A stretch of 32,000 bases of DNA, from the NCBI GenBank assembly GCA_000331975.1, contig CP003263.1, positions 210,001-242,000 on the forward strand, given 5' to 3'. Below, in pieces: positions 18,648 through 25,279 of this stretch (position 1 is the first letter of the stretch; each line of letters begins with the position of its first letter). The DNA is from Candidatus Uzinura diaspidicola str. ASNER. Its GTDB lineage: Bacteria > Bacteroidota > Bacteroidia > Flavobacteriales > Blattabacteriaceae. The position numbers and the translations under genes are program-made. A model generated the notes under the pieces. It saw only the letters and a list, made by a program, of their open reading frames with translations, did no database searches and had not been told where the DNA came from.

Positions 18648-20352
18648 AAGTGGTAATGATATTCTAGTGAAACACCTGATAATAGAAGGTGTGGAGTATA
18701 TATTTGGGTATCCTGGTGGATCTATTATGCCTATTTATGATGCACTTCATCGTTATTCTGAGCATATTTTTCATGTACTTTCACGACACGAACAAGGAGC
18801 TATACATGCAGCTCAAGGCTATTCAAGAGTAAGTAGAAGTAGAAAGATAGGAGTATGTATAGCTACTTCAGGTCCAGGTGCTACAAATTTTATTACAGGT
18901 TTAGCAGATGCTTTTACAGATAGTACGCCTATTCTGTCTATTTGCGGTCAAGTAGATTCACATTTATTAGGACAAAATTCTTTTCAAGAAACCAATATTA
19001 TTTACATATCATTCTATATAACAAAGTGGAATACACAAATTATTCTGTCTCAAGATATTGGAATTTCTTTGCAAAAAGCCTTTTATATAGCTAATCATGT
19101 ACGTAATGCTCCAGTTCTTATAGATATTACCAAAGATGCTCAAATTAAGAAGTCTTCTTTTGAAGATTCTCAATATAAAGTTGAATTCTATAAAATTGAT
19201 CGTTTTTGTCCATTTACTAATATTCAAGCTTCCCCAATAGAAATATCTTATAAACTTATTAATTCATCAAAAAAACCTTTGGTTTTAGTAGGGCAAGGCA
19301 TTGGATTGTCCAATTCTGAGGAAGAACTTAAAAAATTTATAGAGAAAGCAGATCTTCCTTTAGCTAGCACCATTTTAGGAATTGACGTTATAGATGGAGC
19401 TCATCATCTTTTTATGGGCATGCTGGGGATGCACGGAGGATATGCCAATAATTTACTTACCAATCAATGCGATGTATTAATCGCTATTGGTATGCGTTTT
19501 GATGATCGGGTCACGGGAGTTGTTAACAGATTTGCAAGACAAGCAAAGGTTATTAACATAGCAATTGATATTTTTGAAGGTGGTAACCTTCTTAATTGTC
19601 CTATATATGTAGCAGGAGATTGTAAGCAAAATTTACCAATTATTACCGAAAAACTACGAAAAACTACGAAAAAAATATGGGTAGATCTTTTTTATAAGAC
19701 AAAAAAGTGTGAAGAAAAAATTATAATAAGAGATTTATTCACTGAAGATGATGTACTATCTATGGGAGAGTTAATTAAATGTATTAATCTGTATAAAAAT
19801 AAAGATGCAATTTTAGTTACTGATGTTGGTCAACATCAAATGTTTTCCTCACGATATTTTTACTTTTCCTATATAAAAAGTCAGGTTACTTCTGCAGGTA
19901 TAGGGACTATGGGATTTTCTATCCCGGCAGCTATTGGAACTCTATTTGCTTCTAAAAAGAGACAAATTATTTGTATAGTTGGGGATGGAGGGCTTCAAAT
20001 GACATTCAAAGAATTTGGGACTTTTATGCAAAACAAACTTCCTATAAAAATAATTTTGCTTAACAATAGTTTTTTAGGCTTGGTAAGACAATGGCAGGAA
20101 ATTCTTTTAGAAAGAAGATATACTTCCTCAAAACTCATTAATCCTAATTTTGTTCAACTAGCGAATTCTTATGAAATAGAATCTAAAAAAGTTTTAGAAA
20201 AAAACCTTTTTGATAAGGAAGTAAAGGAAATGCTAGTATATACTAATGCTTGTTTTTTAGAAGTTGTTGTAGAAAAAGAAGATAATGTTTTCCCTATGAT
20301 TGTTACTGGAGCATCTGTAGATGATATATGGGTCGATAATGGTTCTGGTTAA
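18622..20352 (+). CDS. ilvB: Acetolactate synthase (AHAS) large catalytic subunit
   Basis: 576 aa with GYPGGSIMPIYDAL, TSGPGATN, VTDVGQHQMF, and the ThDP motif GDGGLQMTFKEFGT...LNNSFLG. It overlaps ilvD by 26 nt. Confidence 0.9.
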   Translation: MDVLQIKFKSGNDILVKHLIIEGVEYIFGYPGGSIMPIYDALHRYSEHIFHVLSRHEQGAIHAAQGYSRVSRSRKIGVCIATSGPGATNFITGLADAFTDSTPILSICGQVDSHLLGQNSFQETNIIYISFYITKWNTQIILSQDIGISLQKAFYIANHVRNAPVLIDITKDAQIKKSSFEDSQYKVEFYKIDRFCPFTNIQASPIEISYKLINSSKKPLVLVGQGIGLSNSEEELKKFIEKADLPLASTILGIDVIDGAHHLFMGMLGMHGGYANNLLTNQCDVLIAIGMRFDDRVTGVVNRFARQAKVINIAIDIFEGGNLLNCPIYVAGDCKQNLPIITEKLRKTTKKIWVDLFYKTKKCEEKIIIRDLFTEDDVLSMGELIKCINLYKNKDAILVTDVGQHQMFSSRYFYFSYIKSQVTSAGIGTMGFSIPAAIGTLFASKKRQIICIVGDGGLQMTFKEFGTFMQNKLPIKIILLNNSFLGLVRQWQEILLERRYTSSKLINPNFVQLANSYEIESKKVLEKNLFDKEVKEMLVYTNACFLEVVVEKEDNVFPMIVTGASVDDIWVDNGSG

Positions 20353-20395
20353 ACTAGAACGTAATTGATATAGAAAAGATTTATATTTATTAATT

Positions 20396-21436
20396 ATGAA
20401 AATTAAATTTGGACCTATTGAAGAAAATGTTATAACTAGGGAAGAATTTCCATTAAAAAAAGCTAAAGAAGTATTGAAGGATGAGATAATGGCAGTTTTA
20501 GGTTATGGTATTCAAGGGACTGGACAAGCTCTCAATCTTAAGGATAATGGGTTTTCAGTGATCGTTGGGCAGAGAAAGAATTCTTCTTCCTGGAATAGGG
20601 CTTTAAAAGATGGATGGGTAGAAGGTAAAAATCTATTTGATATGGAAGATGCTGCGTCTCGCGGAACCATTATTATGAATTTACTATCTGATGCAGGTCA
20701 AATTGCTGCATGGCCTCATTTAAAGAAGCATTTAACTAAAGGTAAATCTCTATATTTTTCGCATGGTTTTGGACTTACCTTTCAAAACAAAACTGGAATT
20801 TACCCACCAAAAGGTATAGACATATTTTTAGTAGCCCCTAAAGGATCGGGGACTAGCGTCAGGAGGTTATTTTTAATAGGAAAAGGTATTAATTCAAGCT
20901 ATGCTATTTATCAAAATAACAGCGGGAGGGGACAAGAAAATACTTTAGCAATTGGTATGGGAATAGGATCAGGATATCTTTTCGAAACAAGCTTTAAAAA
21001 TGAAGTCTATTCAGATTTAGCTGGAGAACGAGGTGCTTTAATGGGAGCTATACAAGGGATATTTTCTGCTCAGTATCAAGTTCTTCGTAATAATGGACAC
21101 TCTCCATCTGAAGCTTTTAATGAAACTGTTGAAGAATTTACGGAAAGTTTAATGCCTCTTATTGGAGAAAATGGTATGGGATGGATGTATGCTAATTGTT
21201 CAACAACAGCACAAAGAGGTGCTTTAGATTGGTGGAAAAAGTTCAGAGATGCAACTTTTCCTGTATTTAAGTCTCTCTATAAGGAAATTACTTTAGGTAA
21301 TGAGGCAAAAAGAACGATAGAGGCTAATAGTGAAGAAAATTATAGAAAAAAACTAGAAGAAGAACTTAGAGAACTAAGTGAAACAGAACTTTGGCAAGTA
21401 GGCAAAGCCGTACGAAAATTAAGACCTTTATCTTAA
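20396..21436 (+). CDS. ilvC: Ketol-acid reductoisomerase (class I length)
   Basis: 346 aa with the Rossmann motif LGYGIQGTGQALNLKDNG, plus FSHGF and ERGALMG-type motifs. It starts 43 nt after ilvB. Confidence 0.92.
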   Translation: MKIKFGPIEENVITREEFPLKKAKEVLKDEIMAVLGYGIQGTGQALNLKDNGFSVIVGQRKNSSSWNRALKDGWVEGKNLFDMEDAASRGTIIMNLLSDAGQIAAWPHLKKHLTKGKSLYFSHGFGLTFQNKTGIYPPKGIDIFLVAPKGSGTSVRRLFLIGKGINSSYAIYQNNSGRGQENTLAIGMGIGSGYLFETSFKNEVYSDLAGERGALMGAIQGIFSAQYQVLRNNGHSPSEAFNETVEEFTESLMPLIGENGMGWMYANCSTTAQRGALDWWKKFRDATFPVFKSLYKEITLGNEAKRTIEANSEENYRKKLEEELRELSETELWQVGKAVRKLRPLS

Positions 21437-21721
21437 GCGTCACTGCACTTATCTCTCGCTTCTATTTGAATTTCTATCCAGTGTATCTATTTTCTTCAGG
21501 TTTATGGTTGCTTCAATAGCTAGTTTATTGAAGTATTTATGTTTGTGATTGTAAAGAGCACCTATTTTTTACTAGCATATTTTTAAATAAGTTGGGATTC
21601 TTTCTTTAAAATTGTTTTGTTTTAGTTTTTAACTAAAAACCTTCTAAATGCTATTTGAGTACTATTCTAAGAATTTTAGAGTCTGCATTATCAATAAGGT
21701 ATAAAAGGGAGTAATATAGAT

Positions 21722-22804
21722 ATGGTAACACAAGAGCAAATAAAGGAAGTCAATCAGCGTGTAAAAGACCTATATCTATCCCTTGATATAGAAGCTAAAG
21801 AACTACAAATATCTAATGTAGAAGAAAAAATAAACTATCCGCATTTTTGGCTTAATACTAAAGAAGCTAAGCGATTGATGAAAATACTACGGTCAAATAA
21901 AAAATGTACCGAGCTTTATAAGAAGTTATCTTCTTATACAGAAGATCTACAATTACTATATGAGTTTCTTAAGAAGGGAGAGGCAACATCAGAAGAATTA
22001 TATATACAATTACAAAATACAAAAAATATTATTTCAGATATTGAGAGAAATAATATGCTTTCTCTAGAAGAAGATCATCTAGGGGCAGTTTTGCAAATAG
22101 CTTCAGGAGCTGGAGGAACAGAAAGCTGTGATTGGGTATCAATGTTAATGCGAATGTATACTATGTGGGGAAAAAAAAATGAGTATAAAATTACAGTAAT
22201 ACATCATGTTTCTGGAGATGTGCATGGCATTAAATCTGTTACTTTAGAACTAGAAGGAGAATATGCTTTTGGTCTCCTTAAGAGAGAAAATGGCGTACAT
22301 CGACTAGTACGTATATCACCTTTTGATAGCAATTGTAAAAGACATACGTCTTTTGCCTCTGTATACGTCTATCCTTTAGTAGATGATTCTATTTCAATAG
22401 AAGTGAAAAACTATGATATTAAATGGGAGACTTTTAGATCTAGCGGAGCTGGAGGACAGAACGTAAATAAAGTAGAAACTGCTGTTAGATTAACTCATTT
22501 ACCAACAGGAGTTGTAGTAGAATGTCAAGAGGAACGGTCTCAGCATAAAAATAAAGAAAAGGCACTGCAACTATTGAAATCTAGGCTTTTTGAAATAGAA
22601 ATGAAGGAAAAGAATGCGAAACGAAATGAAATTGAAGAAAAAAAAAAGAAAATTGAGTGGGGGTCTCAAATTAGAAATTATGTAATGCACCCTTATAAAC
22701 TTGTGAAAGACTTGCGTACTGGATATGAAACTACTGATATAGAATCAGTATTGAATGGAGAACTGAATCCATTTATAAAAGAAATGAAATGGTTTCTTTG
22801 TTGA
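21722..22804 (+). CDS. prfB: Peptide chain release factor 2, encoded in a single frame
   Basis: 360 aa with the RF2-specific SPF tripeptide (VRISPFDS), the GGQ motif ([20 protein letters not shown]) and RSQHKNK. No frameshift is needed to read it. TGA stop at 22802-22804. Confidence 0.93.
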   Translation: MVTQEQIKEVNQRVKDLYLSLDIEAKELQISNVEEKINYPHFWLNTKEAKRLMKILRSNKKCTELYKKLSSYTEDLQLLYEFLKKGEATSEELYIQLQNTKNIISDIERNNMLSLEEDHLGAVLQIASGAGGTESCDWVSMLMRMYTMWGKKNEYKITVIHHVSGDVHGIKSVTLELEGEYAFGLLKRENGVHRLVRISPFDSNCKRHTSFASVYVYPLVDDSISIEVKNYDIKWETFRSSGAGGQNVNKVETAVRLTHLPTGVVVECQEERSQHKNKEKALQLLKSRLFEIEMKEKNAKRNEIEEKKKKIEWGSQIRNYVMHPYKLVKDLRTGYETTDIESVLNGELNPFIKEMKWFLC

Positions 22805-23495
22805 TAGAATTCAGAGTTCTATTAAAGATATTAAATGCTTCTCCTTTTTGTTCAAAGACAGAATTTTGGACTGAATGACATAACTCCTCCACTTAGTTTT
22901 TGGATACAAAGAGTAGCGTAAATATGCTGAATAGCAGTGAATGCTTTTTTAGCATTATGTTTTTGTTTCATTTTATAAGTTGCCATCTGAGCGTTTATAG
23001 AATATTCTTCTAATCCTTCAAACTGTTTATCAAGAATTTTTTAGATATAAATTGCTTCACGATCTTCATCGTATTAATGAAGACGTTTCCTCTACTTTTT
23101 TCTGAGGAATAAAATGTGTAAGATAGCCTTCTTTGTGGACTAATTTATCCAGTAACATAGCAAATCTTCAAGAGAAACAAAAAATTTAGAGCTTCCTGGC
23201 TGATCTAACTGTAAATCTACCCTACGAGAATCATGAAGTTCTGGAGCTTTAAGTATAGCTAAAATTCTCCTGAAGCTGTTTTAGGTACATTCTAAAATAA
23301 TTATGCAAGGTACCAAGTGTTTGACTTTCTTCTTAACGTTTAAATATTTCTTTTGCCTCTATAGATTGTATAATATCGATGCCCTTCCATAATCCTTCCA
23401 GTTTGTTTATCTACTTCACTTGCCCTTATAGTACATCTATCTCAAAAAATATATAAGCTCCAATCGTAGTTTTTTACATAATAATCTTTTAATAT

Positions 23496-23560
23496 TTCTT
23501 TTTGATTCTTTTTGATTCTTTTTGATTCTTTTTGATTCTTTTGATTCTTTTCTTCTTCTT
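23496..23560. repeat. Tandem repeat, 10-bp unit TTTGATTCTT, about 5.4 copies, running into (TTC)n
   Basis: Four perfect copies at 23501-23540. They are flanked by a partial copy (TTCTT, 23496-23500) and a 9-bp variant lacking one T (23541-23549), followed by TTCTTCTTCTT (23550-23560). Confidence 0.95.
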
Positions 23561-23780
23561 AAATTTTTTTGTCATGAAGTATAAAGAAATCTTTCAAAAA
23601 CATTTGTAGAAAGCACATCGATTACTTTATCGGTAAGTTCTATATAATTCATTTACAACAATCATCTCTCTTAGGCATTTCCCTATCGTTATCTTACATT
23701 TCTGTTCAATGTAATAACGAACGGATATTCTCGTAACTAAGAAATTTTATGAGTGTGGTACCACCCTTTTTCTTATCTCC

Positions 23781-23844
23781 TAAGAAGAGATAAGAAGAGA
23801 TAAGAAGAGATAAGAAGAGATAAGAAGAGATAAGAAGAGATAAG
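23781..23844. repeat. Tandem repeat, 10-bp unit TAAGAAGAGA, 6.4 perfect copies
   Basis: Six identical units at 23781-23840 plus TAAG. The left flank TCTTATCTC (23771-23779) is the exact reverse complement of GAGATAAGA, which spans each unit junction. Confidence 0.97.
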
Positions 23845-23897
23845 TTCACGAGTTTTAAAGTAGAGACGTTGCTGCTGAATAATTATTTCAATTTGCT

Positions 23898-24002
23898 ATT
23901 AACTTGTGATTAACTTGTGATTAACTTGTGATTAACTTGTGATTAACTTGTGATTAACTTGTGATTAACTTGTGATTAACTTGTGATTAACTTGTGATTA
24001 AC
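23898..24002. repeat. Tandem repeat, 11-bp unit ATTAACTTGTG, 9.5 perfect copies
   Basis: Nine identical units plus the partial unit ATTAAC, read directly from 23898-24002. I saw no mismatches. Confidence 0.97.
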
Positions 24003-24459
24003 GTACATATATCATTATATGAGTACGACCCTCATCAATTAATACTGAGTAAATTTAATCTACTAGATAAATATCATTGTTAGTTCCATAAAAATATCTG
24101 TATTGGGAAGATGATTCTCTATACAATCTAGACTCGGAGGAATACCTCCTATAATTTGAGCATCAAAATATCCATATCCCATACTATAGATTTACCAACA
24201 GTAATTCCATTAATTCCATGTGTTATTCCAAAATGCCTGTCAAGAATCATTAATGAAAGAGAAGCTCTAAGAGTATCTTTTTCTCAACGGTTATTAGGGA
24301 TTATCTATAGCTTTCTAGTTCTACCGCTTGTTTTCTTAACATAGCAATAACAGTTTTTTTAGTTTTTTTAGCTCGTTGAGTTTTAAATTCTATGGTCTTC
24401 TCCCTTAACCTGTTCATATCTATAGAATAGCTCTATTTGTTTTCCCCCCTAAAACCTCA

Positions 24460-24681
24460 TCAATATTCATCCTCATTGAAAAAAAAATCTTCTTGAGTAG
24501 GGTAATCTATCCATATATCTTCTATAGATTCGAAGATTTCACTATCATCCTCTAACTCTTGAAGATTCTCAATAATTTCTAAAGGAGCTCCGCTCCGTAT
24601 TGCATAATCAATAAGCTCTTCTTTATTGGCAGGCCAAGGCGCATCTTCTAGATGAGAAGCTAATTCTAATGTCCAATACAT
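24460..24681 (-). CDS. Small acidic conserved protein (DUF2795-like)
   Basis: 73-aa ORF from ATG 24681: MYWTLELASHLEDAPWPANKEELIDYAIRSGAPLEIIENLQELEDDSEIFESIEDIWIDYPTQEDFFFNEDEY. It matches my memory of the about 73-aa DUF2795-type proteins of Flavobacteriia. The ORF-track start at 24732 would overlap the tRNA at 24725-24799, so the internal ATG is preferred. Confidence 0.75.
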   Translation of the reverse strand: MYWTLELASHLEDAPWPANKEELIDYAIRSGAPLEIIENLQELEDDSEIFESIEDIWIDYPTQEDFFFNEDEY

Positions 24682-24724
24682 AATTTTAAAAGATTCAGGT
24701 CTTATTTTAGCATATCGATAGAAG

Positions 24725-24799
24725 TGGTCCAAACAGGATTCGGACCTGTGACACTTTGATTATGAGTCAAATGCTCTAACCAAACTGAGCTATTGGACC
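24725..24799 (-). tRNA. tRNA with CAT anticodon (elongator Met, or lysidine-type Ile2)
   Basis: A 75-nt cloverleaf on the minus strand: acceptor GGTCCAA/TTGGACC, D arm GCTC/GAGC, anticodon stem TTTGA/TCAAA, loop CTCATAA, T arm ACAGG-TCCGAAT-CCTGT, discriminator A. It is not an initiator: 1:72 is G:C and the anticodon stem has no GGG/CCC. Confidence 0.9.
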
Positions 24800-24903
24800 T
24801 ACATTATACAATATTAAGAAAAATTAAATTAAACAAATATAGTATATTATTTTTTACCATGTATTTATTAACTATTATTTTCCACCAATCTTTATTTTAA
24901 GAA

Positions 24904-25218
24904 ATGGAAAAAAGTATAAGAAACAAAAAGATTTCTTCTTTAATAAAAAAAGAAATGGCGAAGATATTTCTTCTTGAGACTATCGAAAAAGGGATACTTA
25001 TTAGTATAAGCCAAGTACAAATGAATACAAATCTAGTAAATGCCAAACTTTATCTAAATATTTTTCCAAGACAAAATAAGAACAAAATTTTAAGAAACAT
25101 TAAAAAAAAATCTGTACATTACCGAAAAATTCTTGGTAAACAGCTACGAAACCAATTAAGAACAATTCCAGTTATTCATTTTTACATTGATGAATCACTA
25201 GACGATCTAGAAAAGTAA
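24904..25218 (+). CDS. rbfA: Ribosome-binding factor A
   Basis: 104 aa. The pattern R..KISSLIKKEMAKIFLLE...ISISQVQMNTNLVNAKLYLNIF...RKILGKQLRNQLRTIPVIHFYIDESL aligns by eye with E. coli RbfA (RVAQEMQKEIALIL...VEMSRDLAYAKVYVTF...[21 protein letters not shown]). Confidence 0.8.
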   Translation: MEKSIRNKKISSLIKKEMAKIFLLETIEKGILISISQVQMNTNLVNAKLYLNIFPRQNKNKILRNIKKKSVHYRKILGKQLRNQLRTIPVIHFYIDESLDDLEK

Positions 25219-25279
25219 AAAATAAAAGCCACATCTCTTTCCATGTTATATTGCGTTAAAAGTTTTATAAATTATATTC

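Larger units (their letters stand above)
22852..24417 (-). pseudogene. secA: Eroded secA (preprotein translocase ATPase) pseudogene
   Basis: Minus-strand translation gives colinear SecA blocks: MNRLREKTIEFK (24417-24382), YFDAQIIGG (24170-24144), YGTNNDIYLVD*IYSVLIDEGRTHIMI (24090-24010), VDKQTGRIMEGHRY (23414-23373), IQSIEAKE...ESQTLGTLHNYFRMY (23374-23285), ELHDSRRVDLQLDQPGSSKFFVSLED (23241-23164), YDEDREAIY (23073-23047). They are separated by in-frame stops, frame changes and large deletions. No ORF longer than about 60 codons remains. The boundaries are approximate. Confidence 0.85.

Noticed and set aside
19646-19673. 10-bp direct repeat CGAAAAACTA, 2.7 copies, inside ilvB, resembling the pseudogene arrays.
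   Set aside because: The ilvB frame is intact on both sides (conserved motifs are in frame upstream and downstream). The tract is A-rich low complexity encoding KLRKTTKK. There is no evidence of disruption or function.
21619-21640. Hairpin TTTTAGTT-N3-AACTAAAA in the ilvC-prfB spacer as a possible regulatory element.
   Set aside because: The stem is A/T-only and of a size expected by chance in sequence this AT-rich. It is mentioned only in the spacer finding.
23700-23775. Weak minus-strand similarity to the SecA KGVHVVTVNDYLA segment (KGWYHTHKIS*LREY).
   Set aside because: It would be out of order relative to the other SecA blocks, since it should lie upstream of YGTNN, and the match is poor. 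I treat it as chance.
23496-24002. Could the three repeat arrays be a CRISPR array or iteron/DnaA-box cluster?
   Set aside because: The units are contiguous with no spacers and are only 10-11 bp long, and no cas genes are present, so this is not CRISPR. No unit resembles the TTATCCACA DnaA box, so any origin-type function remains unsupported speculation.
24156-24344. 62-aa + strand ORF in the ORF-free region.
   Set aside because: It lies antisense to recognisable secA remnant blocks (YFDAQIIGG and others) and has no motif. It is a chance ORF in pseudogene debris.
24343-24372. Tandem AGTTTTTTT duplication (two copies) near the 5' end of the secA remnant.
   Set aside because: There are only two copies of a homopolymer-dominated 9-mer. 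It reads KKTKKT on the minus strand and is likely trivial slippage.
24682-24732. Upstream start (MDHFYRYAKIRPESFKI) for the DUF2795-like gene.
   Set aside because: It would overlap the tRNA-CAU gene by 8 nt. The family as I recall it starts at MYWTLE, which has its own ATG at 24681.
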